DNA from: Eledone cirrhosa
Lineage: Eukaryota
Direction: 5' to 3'
Length of the DNA stretch: 64,000 nt
NCBI GenBank assembly: GCA_964016885.1
Contig: OZ024744.1
Coordinates: 81,096,001 to 81,160,000 of the forward strand
Position 1 is the first letter of the stretch. The number at the start of each line of letters is the position of its first letter. Shown one piece after another: positions 12,423 through 25,582 of the stretch. The position numbers and the translations under genes are program-made. The notes beneath the pieces were generated by a model, which made no database searches, was not told where the DNA came from, and saw nothing but the letters and a program-made list of their open reading frames with translations.

Positions 12423-15157
12423 GAGTGCTATTATAACATACATAAACAAAACTTGAATTTAATATGTAGATATCACAAATGATATTCGGAAACTAATAGT
12501 TGACTAGAGTAGAAATGCAAGCTTTTATAAACTAAAATCTAACAACATAAAGTATCATTATCATCATCATTTAATGTCCATTTTCCATGTTAACATGGAT
12601 TAGACAGGTTGTTCCATTTGAGGCAAGTTGGATCGTGTGACTGTATCTTGCTCACACAACAGTTTCTGAGTGAACAAGATATGATCACCTGACCCAACTT
12701 GCCTCGATTAATAATAATAATAATAAAAATGATTGTGTACAGTGCTCAGTTGCACTACAACTCATCAAAGGTGCCTGTATAGTACATAGAATAATATGTC
12801 TGGAAAGTGTAGGAGTGGTGATATACACACATACGTGTGTATGTGTGTATGGAGGGGGAATATGAAGTGTAGTGTTGGCGTATATTGGGAAGCATGGAAG
12901 TTTTGACGGATGCAGTGTCTCGACAATTCAACAACACCACAGCCTGTCAGTTTTTACGGTGAGTGACCCAGTTGTTCTTAACCAGTGGTTGAGTGTTCCA
13001 CAGACACATGTAATCTTTCTTAACATACTTCTCAGGAAGATTTGGTATGTCACAATGTGTGACAAGGTTGGCTCTTTTTAATGACAAGTACAATTCATTT
13101 TTACCAGCTGAAATTGACTGGAGCAATATGGAATAAAGTGTCTTGCTCAATGACTGTCAGGAATCAAACTTACATCATTACAGTCATGAGCTGAACACCT
13201 TTAACCTCTAAGCCATACACTTTCACATCTCCAATATAGATAGTGCCGTACATATGTTCAACAAACAAATTATTATAGGCTATTTTTTTATTTTAAACAA
13301 CACAACTTTGGTTCATAAACTGCAACAAATTTTTTGAATTAACTAATTTTTTTTTTTTTTTTTAAATCTAAACCTTTTATGGTTTGTGGGATTTACACCA
13401 GTATTTTTGTTGTATCTGTGTGTGTGGTGGGGTATTATATAAAATATATTTTGTGCATGGTGTGTCTAAATATTTCATTTGTATTTGAATTGTATGAATA
13501 TATTTTGTTTACATTTGAAAGCATTGTTTCAATTACTGAAAATTTATTAATAATAAAAATATATGCGTGTGTGTGTGTTTCTAAATGCAAACAAAATATT
13601 TTTATATAAAAAAAAATTAGTATCACAGCTGTAAATCAGTTTCTGATTTTCGATGAACAAAATCCCAGACCTCATTCACTTACCGAGTGGGGTGCAACTT
13701 GTCAAATTGGACCTGTGGAAACAATGTTTCCATTGGTCTTTCTATTGCTAATACTATCTACTGGTCACAACTCCTGTCAGAAGGAGCCGTATGAAATAAA
13801 GTGTTTTACTTAAGGACGTAATGCATTGCCCAGTCCGGGAATGAAACTTGCAACCTCACGATTGCAAATCCAATTTTCAACCACTAAGCTACTTGCCATC
13901 ACATTACAGTTGTATAATTTATATACCTCTTTTTTAAATTGAGAAAAATGTGTTTGCAGATTTTGAATCGATGAATATTTAAAATTAAAATACAAAGACC
14001 ATCATTTTTTTTTTTTTTTTTTTAAGGGCAGAATTTCAATCCTTGGGATGTAAATAAAGGGGATCAACTATAATTACATACATTTAGTATTTTTTTATTT
14101 TTAAATGCCTTAGAGAAATTTTTAGTTACACAATTTTATTTTATCGTTTTCCCACTGAAAGAAGTAATGATATATTGGACCTCTACAGGCTATAATGAGT
14201 TCTGTACTATATATGGATTTGCTGCATTATTTGTGAACTAGCAGAAAAACCACCCTTCGGGTGGTTTTCTGCTAGCATGTGTAATGTGCATGTTGATATT
14301 ATATGCAAGTATATATGCATGTAGATATGATACATCAAATAAAATCGTAATTGACAATATACACAGAAATTGAACGAAGTCTGCGTTACACTGTCTTACA
14401 TAATCAGTAAAGTAATCCATGATACATTTAAATAAGACAATATTATATATAAACTGCATCAAGAGAAAATTAGTGATCGCTTAAATAAACATTCATATAT
14501 TTCCGTCACTAACTGGAAGTGTTGACATTTGAAAATTTTTAAGAAGTGAATCTTTAAATAAGCAATAAAATATATTTAATCAAAAGCTACGAAATTTAGC
14601 AGATAAATTATGTAATATTCATTCATTACAGCCCTTTATGGTCTGAGCTCATATCCCGCCGAGGTTAACTTTGCCTTCCATCCTTACAGGGTCGATAAAA
14701 TAAAGTACCAGTAATACACTGGAATAATTGCTGGCCTTGTGCCAGGAGTAGAAACAATTATTTATTCAAAGTAATCCAACTTATTTTACAAACGAGATAA
14801 AAAAATTATATTCTGGATGCAGTCTCGCACTCCTTTCTTTATTAAAGTTAAGATTAACAACAGATTATATTTTGATATCTACCCTTTAGCATTTACATTA
14901 CTATATATTTACTATTGTATTTTCATGGTAAATGCTTTATATCATATAATCTCAAATCTATCAAGATTTTGATGGCATTGTTTATTTTGAGAATAATATC
15001 TTAATGCCAGTATGAGCGGCTGATTATAGCCAGTTTGAACAGAAAATGGGGGGGGAGAATTTTGGCTGGTTATGGCTAGTTTGAATGCTAAAGGGTTAAA
15101 AAAAAAATTTTGTATTTTCTCACTGTGTTTTATAAAATATATATATATTTCTTTTAG

Positions 15158-15511
15158 CATGAAAATCCAAAACAGAATTCTAACACAAGAAAGGGTCAGC
15201 CTGGACAACAAGGTTTCCACAATGCAAATATGATGTCACAGCCTGGACCAGTGGTGGCTCATCAACAACTACATTCTCACCAGCCCTCAATTACTCCACA
15301 AATTCAACAACAAATGCCTCCGACAGCACAGTACCCTAATGAGCAAGTGTTGCTTCAGCAAAGCCACATCTCAACAATGGAGTTCCGTAGAGGCGGCGGT
15401 GGATACAGTAGGCGTATACAGCAGCAGCAGCAGCAGCAACAGTTAGCAGAAAAAATGAAACCTACACAGCAATATTATATGCCACCAGCTCAAAGGCCTT
15501 TAAAACAATAA
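15158..15511 (+). CDS. TDRD3: TDRD3 terminal coding exon (HENPKQ...MEFRRGGGG...KPTQQYYMPPAQRPLKQ*)
   Basis: Acceptor cttttAG at 15157, in frame with ORF 15230..15511. EFRRGG and PTQQxYxPP match the TDRD3 C-terminus (EJC-binding motif). Confidence 0.88.
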   Translation, partial: HENPKQNSNTRKGQPGQQGFHNANMMSQPGPVVAHQQLHSHQPSITPQIQQQMPPTAQYPNEQVLLQQSHISTMEFRRGGGGYSRRIQQQQQQQQLAEKMKPTQQYYMPPAQRPLKQ

Positions 15512-15874
15512 TATAACATTTTTTAGTTGTCTAGATTTTTTTTTTTTTTTTTGTATGTCAATATTAATCACAAATCAGACAGTTTCTAACTGCATTGGCC
15601 GCCAATACAGTACAATGAAGTACTGCCTACTTTTCAGAGGCCACTCCTTTTTGTATTTACCTGTTACTTGGTACAACATTTATTTCATAACAATAATGGT
15701 AACAATTTAGATACATAAGCAAAATGCTTTGTTATACTATACAAAAAAAAAATGTTAACATTTAAATTTCAGATGCCAATATGGTCAGAATTTCTTTTGC
15801 TTATTTCTTACTCATTTTGTTTCCTTAAAAAAAAACAAACATAATAATAATTTAGCTAGTCTGTTAGATATTCA

Positions 15875-15880
15875 AATAAA
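15875..15880 (+). promoter_or_regulatory. Candidate polyadenylation signal (AATAAA) for TDRD3
   Basis: AATAAA about 360 nt after the stop codon, with ATTAAA and T/GT-rich sequence just downstream. The AT-rich context makes this weak. Confidence 0.35.
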
Positions 15881-16770
15881 GTTTGCATTATTAAACTATA
15901 CGTACATTATTGTATATTTCATTACATCAGGCTGTTGTGGATTTATCTGTTCAGTGTAGTTTATTATAAATTGTTCATACATACCATCCCATCCCATCTC
16001 TCTCTCTCTCTCTCTCTGTTTTGTTAAATAATTTAGTTTTTTTCTTTCTTTCTCTACCACTGCCACCACCATCACCACCCAATGTTGAGTGAAAACATGT
16101 GGCCTAGTGATTAGGTTATTGAAATCATAAGGTCATGGGTTCAATTCCTAGATCAGGTGGCATGTTGTGTTCTTGAGCAAGACGCTTCATTTTGAGTTGC
16201 TTTTCATGATAGGACTGGGGTCCTTATCACTAAAACACTCGAGAAACCTACAATGGAATACAAACCTTGTAGGAGACCAACTATGCATATTTGTCGGTTG
16301 TAATTTTTTTTCTCTTTTTTTTTTTTTCATTTTATTATTTCAGTTTTGATTAGGTTAATGGTTTGATTAACTATAATATAGACAGCTAGTGAGAGTTAAA
16401 TTAATGACTACAATAAATGACAAATTAAATTAATTAACTCTTTTAAAACAACTAACTACTATTGTGATTTACTTTGTAATGAATGACAACTAATTGTGAT
16501 TAATAATGGTGTTTCTTCAAAGTTTATATATATTTAGGGTGAGCATAAAGTGTTTGAAACCACAAAACACAGTGAGTTTTTTGTTTCATAGATGCCATTT
16601 TGTTATTGAAAGTTACAACTACTTCCTGTAGAAGAGAAAATGTAAAACATGTTCAGAAAAACTTTCCACTTGAAATTTATAAATTAAAACAATGAAAATG
16701 TAAAATCTCAAATAGTATCCGAGATATGGTATTTTATAATTAGGGAAAGATTTTATGCTCACACAGAATA

Positions 16771-16809
<39 letters not shown>

Positions 16810-16949
16810 ATGGATTCAGTTTGAAACTGGTAGACCATTACTCAATACTCAATATGTTTCACCAGTTAGTTCCAGACTATATATATATATACACACACAC
16901 ACATATATTTGGTAGGTCTTGACCAGTGCCCATGCTCTTAGACCTTCTA

Positions 16950-16982
<33 letters not shown>

Positions 16983-16999
16983 AGTTTATATATATACTA

Positions 17000-17602
17000 A
17001 AGATGGTAGGGCGAAAAAGATTGGGAAATAGCCATAGTTAAATAAGGTACTCAATACATTAGTAGAGAATAAGCATATTATTCTATACATAAATAACTTA
17101 TACACGACTAGAAATGTTTCATCCACATATATATAAGGATAGATAGTTGCGAGTGTTGTCGCCAGATTTGTCTATCACATATTGGACTTGTATCACATTT
17201 GCATGGTTTATATATCTGATGGAGAGGAGCAATGTCATTGAATTAATCGATGGACAACCAGCTATGTGTGTATATAGTGTATATATATATGAATGTATAA
17301 ACACTCTTACTGGTTTCAATGATGTGACTAGCCATTCTGGGTTCACTGTCTTGAAGAGATTTAATCAACCATATTGACCCCAGTAACTATTCATACACAC
17401 ACGTTTATATATATGTGTGTGTGCCCTGGGTTCAATTGGGATAACCACAGTAAGGTATTCAATACATTAGTAGAGTGTAAACATCAAGTTTAATATAGAA
17501 ATGGCTTCTACAGGACTAGAACTGTTTCATTCAAAACAAACCCTAATGATCTTTTAAAATGAAACAGTTCTAGTCCTGTAGAAGCCATTTCTATATTAAA
17601 CT

Positions 17603-17606
<4 letters not shown>
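17000..17606. mobile_element. Probable Penelope-like element terminal-repeat remnants inserted in (TA)n/(TG)n microsatellites, including a perfect 49-bp inverted repeat
   Basis: Two related segments (taaggtaYtcaatacattagtagag at about 17043 and 17451); inverted repeat 17483-17531 / 17558-17606; CTAATGA...GAAAC core. Confidence 0.5.
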
Positions 17607-17650
<44 letters not shown>

Positions 17651-17934
17651 ACCCTTGCAAGCAAGGAAAAGTGGATGTAAATTATATATATATATAAATT
17701 ACATGCCTAATTCCACAAAAGAATGCATCACATCTTAACTAAGAAATGTCATAAAATGAAATTTTCATTTTTAGTTCCCCTTTTTTTTTTTTTAAACTTC
17801 ATTTCTAAATATAAATAAATTATCTTTGTTGTAGGTAACATTTAGTTTTTGATTTGCTCTTAATGATGATGATGATGATGATGATATTTATTGTAGTTTA
17901 TAATTATGTATGAAATGATAGTTTATTATTATTA

Positions 17935-17965
<31 letters not shown>

Positions 17966-18080
17966 GTAAATGTAATTCTGATGTTACAACTGTATACAAT
18001 TTCAAAAATTCAATTTCATAAAAATAAACATGGATTTGGTAAATTTATACATTTTTATTATTATTATTACTAGATGAAAG

Positions 18081-20170
18081 GATGGTGGATTGGCAGTATC
18101 AGTAGAGCGTCGACAGACATGTTTTGTAGCATAGAATTACAGCCCTTTACGTTCTGAGTTCAAATCCTGCTGAGGTTAACTTTGTCTTTCATCCTTAAGG
18201 GGTTGATAAAATAAAGCACCAGTAATGCACTGGGGTTGATTAAATCGACTTTTCCCTTTCCATTCAAATTGCTGACCTTGTGCCTAAAATAGAAACAATT
18301 ATTACTAGATGAGTCATGTCTTCTCCCTCTTTCTGTCACACACGCTATCTATGTACATCTCTTTTTCTTGGCACTTCCCCTCTCTCTATATAGATGAGGG
18401 TGATGTCAGAACTTTCTGTCACCTCGAAAACACACGGCATTCCTTTTTTCCCTCTCTATGTACATAACTCTCACTTGGTGCTCCCCCTTTCTATATAAAG
18501 TGAGCGTGACGGTTGGACAGACACAGACAGCGCTCTAATATAGATTATTACTATTGGGTGGTGGATTGGGAACAGGCTTGGCAGTATGTTTCCAGCCCTT
18601 TACATTCTGAGTTCAAATCCCACTAATATCAACTTTGCTTTTCATCCTTTCATCCAAAATAAAGTATCAGTCATTTACTAGGATTGATATATTTAACTTT
18701 CCCTTCTCTACCAAATTGTTGGCCTTCTGGATTGGCAGTAATTGGTTGAGTGTCAGACAACATGCTTTGCGGCATATAGTTACGGCCCTTTATAGTCTGG
18801 TTTAAAAATTCCGCCCAGGTTAGCTTTGCCTTTCATCCTTACAGGGTCTTAAGATAAATACCAGTAACACCTTTTCCTCCAAATTGCTGGCCTTCAATAT
18901 CCGGCTAGAATTCTCTCACCTCTTTCTGTTCAAACCAGTTGTAACCAGCCACAGTATTGTTCTCAAAATAAATAACATCAAAATCTTGTAGATTCGATAT
19001 TATGTGAGGTGAAACCTTTACCGTGAAAATACAATAGTAAATAGAGTAATGTAAATGCTAAAGGGTTAATTGACTTTCACCTTCCCCTCCAAATTGCTGG
19101 CCTTGTGCCAAATATGGAAATAGTTATTATTATTTTCAGTACGATAAATTAGATAAATTGTTAGTCAGGTAAATCCTTTGTGGTATTTGTTCTGGCATAC
19201 TGGGGTCAATAATAATCAACTTACCCTCCTCCTGCACCCCCTTTCTTATTGCTAGCCTTGTATCTAAATTAAAAATTGTTTGTTAGTTCATATCCCACCA
19301 AAGTTAGTTTTGCTTTTTGCCTTTCATTCTTACTGAGTCAATAAAATAAAGTACTAGTAATGCACTGGGGTTAATTTAATTGACTTTCCCTTTTTCAAAT
19401 TGCTGGCCCTGTGCCAAAAGCAGAAACAATTATAAGGGTAGTGTATGGGCAATATTGGTAGAGTGCTGGACACAATACTTTGCTGTATATAGTTACAATT
19501 TTCTATCGTTCTAAGTTCAAATCCTGCTGAGGTCAACTCGGCCTTTCATCCTTACGGGGTCCATAAGAAATAGTACCAGTCATTAACTTCCCCTTCCCCC
19601 AAATTGCTGGCTTTGTACCAACAATGCTAGAAAGGATTATATTTGTAATATTCTATTACTAATACGTAAATAAGGGTGATGGATTTAGAGAATTGTTAGA
19701 GCTTCAGAAAATACTTTGCAGTATTTAGTTACAATCTTTTATGTTCTCAGTTCAAATCCCGCCAATGTTAGCTTTACCTTTCGTCCTGACAGGAGCCAAT
19801 AAAATAAAGTACCAGTCATGCACTGGAGTCAATTTAATTGATTTACCCTCCCCCCCCCCCAAATTGCTGGCATTGTGCCTCAATCAGACACCACTATTAT
19901 TATTCAGTGAATTGGCAGAATTCAGAGCGTCAGATCAAGTGCTTCGTGGCATAAAGTTACGGCCCTTTACGTTCTAAGTTCAAATCCCTCCGAGGTTAGC
20001 TTTGCCTTTCCTCCTTACCGGATAGATAAAATAAAGTACCAGTAATGCACTGGGGTCGATTTAATTGACTTTCCCCTCTCCTCCAATTGTTGGCCTTGTG
20101 CCTATAGCAGAAGTCATTAATACACTGGGGTAATTGCTGGCCTTGGGCCAAAAGTAGAAACAATTATTAT
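18081..20170 (+). mobile_element. Head-to-tail array of about 10 full or partial tRNA-derived SINEs (family C, (ATT)n tail)
   Basis: Repeated ggtggattggcag...gagttcaaatcc...ctttgcctttcatcc...aaataaagtaccag...ttgctggccttgtgcc...agaaacaattatt units, all on the + strand. Confidence 0.85.
18305..18544 (-). mobile_element. Possible small non-autonomous Helitron
   Basis: Minus strand starts A|TCTATATTAGAG and ends CTAG|T; no clear 3' hairpin. Confidence 0.35.
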
Positions 20171-20625
20171 CCTTTGGGTTTACTGAAAATGATATCTAAA
20201 GATTTGTTATTAAGTTTGTTAAAAATATTTCCTTCATTTTATTTTATTTTATTTTTTAAGCTATCTCTTTCCAAATAGACTATTGAAATTAAGGTTTTGT
20301 TATCTCTATAGGCTAGCATTTTAAACCTGCAACAGTTTTAAAAGTCTTTAATTTATAGCATCGGTGATACAAGTCAGAAAGATTTTTGCTTTTGCGTTTT
20401 ATTAATTACCATTTAAAAAAGAGGAAGTCATTTTTAAATTGAGAGATGGATTATCGTTATTGTATCGTCTTAGTATTTTTACAAGGAAGTGTAATTAATT
20501 GTAATGGAACATTTATTTTATCCAGTACCAGTACCAGTAATAACTTCAGCTGTCTGGGTGTTCCAAAAAACACATTATTAGACTTCTAATAATATTTAAA
20601 ATAAAAAAAAAATTAATTTGTGGAT

Positions 20626-20660
<35 letters not shown>

Positions 20661-20794
20661 TATATATTTTTTTTATTCTCCTCACCAAAGTAACATAACA
20701 AATATTCTTCATAGCTACTCAACTTGTTTCCAATAATCTCCCGAAATATCAGAGATTTTTGTTGTTTTATGTGTGAGGAAATGAATGTTTCTGT

Positions 20795-20830
<36 letters not shown>

Positions 20831-20941
20831 AGAATTTTAGTTTTTTCATGTTTTTTTTTTTCTTTTTTTATGAACCACATGTTGACTTAAGTTAATAACT
20901 ATATATGTTGTTATATATAATCCTGATGATAGCATACTAAC

Positions 20942-20984
<43 letters not shown>

Positions 20985-22259
20985 GTTTGTGTATATATGA
21001 AAAAACAAAAAACAATAGTTTCCTTTGTTAAAAATGATTGGTGATATTTGTGAATAAATTTATTATCTTTTCTTTGTAAATTAACTATTGGATTACACAA
21101 ATTAATTTCTTTGTTTAAAATTTATCTCATGAAATAATTAAATTTTGAAGTCATATATTTATTTATTTATTTATTTATATCTGGTCACTTAAGATTCTTT
21201 TCAGGTTTATTCATAATTTAGATCAGTTAGTCAAGTGGAGGTGGCTCAAACAATAGTGATCGATTGATTAATTGTAATAGATTTTACAGTATAGAGTTCA
21301 ATAGACTGTTATAAATTAAAATTTCATTTTTGGTAAAGAAAATAAATAGCAATAATAGACAGTGGAGACACGTGGCCTAGTGGTAAAGGTGTTGGATTTA
21401 CAATCACAATGTCGTGGATTCAATTCCTGTTTTGCCTGTTGTGTTCTTCATTTCACGTTGCTCCAGTATATTCAGCTGAAAATGAGTACCAGAAATAGCT
21501 GGGGGTTTAACCCTGCGATGGACTGGCGTCCTGTCTAGGGGAAAGTCTTGTACTCTCAGTCACTTCACACCATGAAACCGGGATAAGCACTGGCCAAATG
21601 AGCCTTCTGGTTTAAGACAGACTTTGGACTTGGAATAGACAACGGTCAATACTTTTATAGTATTTTTCATCATCAAAAGAAATTTAACTCTTTTGTGATT
21701 GCATTTCTAAAGGAATACAGTCTATTTTAATTAGTGAAGAATTTTGAGGGGCTTAACTTAGTAATGAAATAATTAATAATTTTAATAAGATCATAACTCA
21801 ATGTAAGATTGTTATATAAAATTATGTTGGAAGATTTTAATGTAAATTGAAAAACTTTAAAATGGGTTGGTTTTATTTCATAGAACAAGAGCTGGTTTTG
21901 GTCAGGTTGGTAATTAAAGGGTTAATGAAGAATTTTGAGGAATTTGCTAAAATTATTAATTGCTTCATTATTAAAAAAGTAACTTAATATAAGGTTCTTA
22001 TATAAAATTATGCTGGAAGATTTTAATTTAAATTGGAAATCCTTAAAATGGGTGGTTTTATTTCAAAGAACCAGAACCAGTTTTGGCTAGGTTGATAACT
22101 AAAGGGAAGTAGTAACTAAATGAAGAAGTAACAAGGTTAGTTACACTGGCGAGGGTTAGTTTGGGGCAGTGAAATGCAGAAAGATGCACTTCTGATCATT
22201 AAGGATTGGGCAAAGTGTTTATAACTGAATAAATTACTCTTTGATGCCATCATGTATCA

Positions 22260-22895
22260 TTGGTAGATTGGCAGCATCAGTAGAGCATCAGATACCATGC
22301 TTTGCAGCATAAAGTTGTCCTTTACGTTCTGAGTTCAAATCCTGTCGAGGTTAGCTTTGCCTGTCATCCTTATGGGGTCGATAAAATGATGTACCAGTAA
22401 TGCACTGAGGTAATTGCTGGCCTTGTGCCAAAAGTAGAAACAATTATTTTACGAGGGTCGTGGTGGATTGGCAGTGTCGATAGAGCATCAGACAACCTGC
22501 TTTGTAGCATACAGTCATGGCTCCTTGCATTCTGATTTCAAATCCTGCTGAGGTTAGCTTTGCCTTTCATCCTTACAGGGCTCGATAAAGTAAAGTACCT
22601 GTAATGCACTGGGTCGATTTAATCGACTTTCCCATTCCTCAAAAATAGTTGGCCTTGTACTTATATCAGAAGCCTTTATTTACTAGCAGTATCGGTAGAG
22701 CATCAGACACCATGCTTTGCAGCATAAAGTTACGTCCCTTTCCGTTCTGATTTCAAATCCTGCCACGGTTAGCTTGGCCTTTCATCCTTACAGGGTTGAT
22801 AAAATAAAGTACCAGTAATGCACTGGAGTCAATTTCATTGACTTAACTTTCCCAAAAAATTGTTGGCCTTGTACCTAAAATCAGAAATAATTATT
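22260..22895 (+). mobile_element. Three tandem family C SINEs
   Basis: Same unit as 18081-20170, arranged head-to-tail. Confidence 0.85.
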
Positions 22896-25582
22896 TTACA
22901 TCTGCTTCTAATGTTGGTATGTTAATTGTTAATATATTTAACCCTTTCGATACCAAATCTCCCCTGTTTCTATGACACGAAGCTGATTGTTTTAAAGTGG
23001 TTATATCATCATCATTTAACATCTGCTTTCCCTGCTAGTAAGGTCTACATAGACCAAGTCAATACTGAAGCAGGGCTACTGACCTCACAGACAGGCCGAG
23101 GAGGTCTGTATACCATTTACATACAGCTGTATCAAGTGCAGAGAAGTTGTCTTGTTTTTTACACAAACTAAAGACTCCTCATAACCCCTTGTTTGGCAAG
23201 CTTTTTATGGCCAGATGCCCTTGCCAACATCAACTACTTTACAGTGTGTACTGTTTGTTTTTACTGTGTAGGTCACCAGCACTAGGGAGACTGTCATGTT
23301 CTTGACACAACTAAAAAAACTTTCATCATAATATTATACGAGAACATTTAAGTTATGTTCCAAACCTCAGCTTAATACTAAAAAGTTAGTTATATTACTA
23401 AATTCCTCCAAATTCTTGACTATTTTCAAAACTATTGTCAGTGTCTTTCATTAGAAATATTTTAAAAGGGTAAAGATCCCCTTCAGTCATGAATGACCAT
23501 GGGATTTGCACCGAGAAAGTTCCCTTCCGAGGCACAAAATAGGACAAGGTTGTTTGTGGAAGAGCAGCAGTCATCCAAGCATACCAGTCTTCCATCTCCA
23601 CGCCACTAATGTTGTCCAAGGGAAAGGCAAAAACTGATACAGCCTGGCACCAGTGACGTCACAACTCATTTCTACAGCTGAAAGAACTGAAGCAACATGA
23701 AATAAAGTGTCTTGCTTAAGAATACAACGCAAAGCCTGGTCGGAGAATCAAACTTACCTCACGATTGTAAGCCCAACACTAACCATTAAGCCATGTGCCT
23801 TGGTAATTAACGAGTTAATGTAGGAAGCATAAAAAAAAACTAGAAAAAAAAGATACTAATATTGATTACCAAAAATAATTTATTCCTTGAATATTTTTAT
23901 TTTTATTCACTAACAAGTGTACATTTAATTTGTGATTTCCTCACCACTACTTTAACCCTTCGACATTTACATTACTCTATATTTATGATTGTATTGGCTT
24001 ACGATGGTAAAGGCTTTATCTCACACAATATCGAATCTACAAGATTTTGATGTTATTTATTTAAGATCAATATCCTAATGTTAATTTGAGCAGCCGATTT
24101 GGACAGAAAGAGGTAAAAGACTTCTGGCTCAGAATGGCTGGTTTAAATGCTAAAGGGTTAATAAGTAAGTATACAGGGAAATTATTATGAGCTTATTTGT
24201 AATATGAGTATAGTGGTAAGGGTGTTGGACTTACAATCATAATGTGGATTTGATTCCTGGGCTGGGAGGCATGTTGTGTTCTTTAGCAAAACAATTTCAC
24301 GTTGCTCCAGTATACTCAGTTGTAAAAGAGTACCAGCAATAGCTAGGGGATTAACCCTGCAATGGACTGGCATCCTGTCTAGGGAAAAGTCTTGTACTCT
24401 CAATTGCTTCATGCTATGAAACCGGGATAAGTACCAACCTAATGAGCCTCCTGGCTTAAGATAGACTTTAGATCTTTAGTTTTTAATTAGATAGGACATC
24501 AGGGTATATGTGTGGATGCTGTTAATAAATAGATTCAGGGATAAAATAATGTTTAACCACAACACTTTCATGACCATATTTCTAATGAAAGACACTTCTT
24601 CTTTACCCACTTATTCCTGAGAGGGTGGTGGCAGAGTTATCAAGAACAACTTCCAGTGGGTCCTGTCAGAAGCAACCATCTCTAATTGATCCAGCTGGAT
24701 CTCCAAGCATGACCAAGCTCATGGATGTTATTTAATGCTCGGAGTCTACCTCTGGGTCTCCTACCAGCTGGTTTTGCCAATAAAAACTATCCGGTGATTC
24801 TTTCCTGAGACATTCTAACCACATGCCCATAGTATCGGAGCTGTGATCTCTCAATTCAGAGAAGTAGTGGCTCTACATGGAGTGACTCCCTGCTCTCCAA
24901 GATACGTACTCTATCAAGTAACGTTACTCCACTGACCCTTTGGAGGACCCCCATTTTGGCTGCTTGTACTCATGATCATATTCTTTTGGTCATTACCCAA
25001 GATTCATAACCATAGGTAAGGGTTGGTATGAATATCAAATAGAACATAGCGAGTTTGACTTTTACGCTTACCTCCTTTCTTCAGATTACCGAATGCTGAA
25101 GCTGGTGCACTAATGCGCCAGCTCCTGCAATTCTTGCATATAATTCAGCCACCTACCTTCCATCACTCGTGAAAATGGTCCCAAGATACTTGAACCTGCT
25201 TCAGTGGAACTTCATTCCTATGTAGTGTGCACTGTGCAGGCTTTCTCAAAAGGACGATTGTCAGTTTTTGCAGCACTGATTTTCATTTCTGCCTATGATT
25301 CTCAAATAACCAATAATTTTAAGGGATTTAGTAATGTAACTAACTTTCTACTTATTAAGTTGGTCTTTGTAACATAACTTAATAAAGACTCATACATAAA
25401 ATTATGATGGAAGGTTTTTAGATAAATTAAATACGCTTTTTTTGTATCATAGAACTGGGGTGGGGGGTCTGAGAGTTTGGTAGGAGAAGGTTAAAAAATA
25501 AACTCATCTCTGAAACAGTTGTAGCTAAATGATACCTGTGCAATCTTAAAAAAGGTTTTAGGGATTATTATTAGGCCAACAA

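Noticed and set aside
21368-21440. tRNA gene
   Set aside because: The A/B boxes belong to a SINE head and continue into SINE body sequence; there is no complete cloverleaf.
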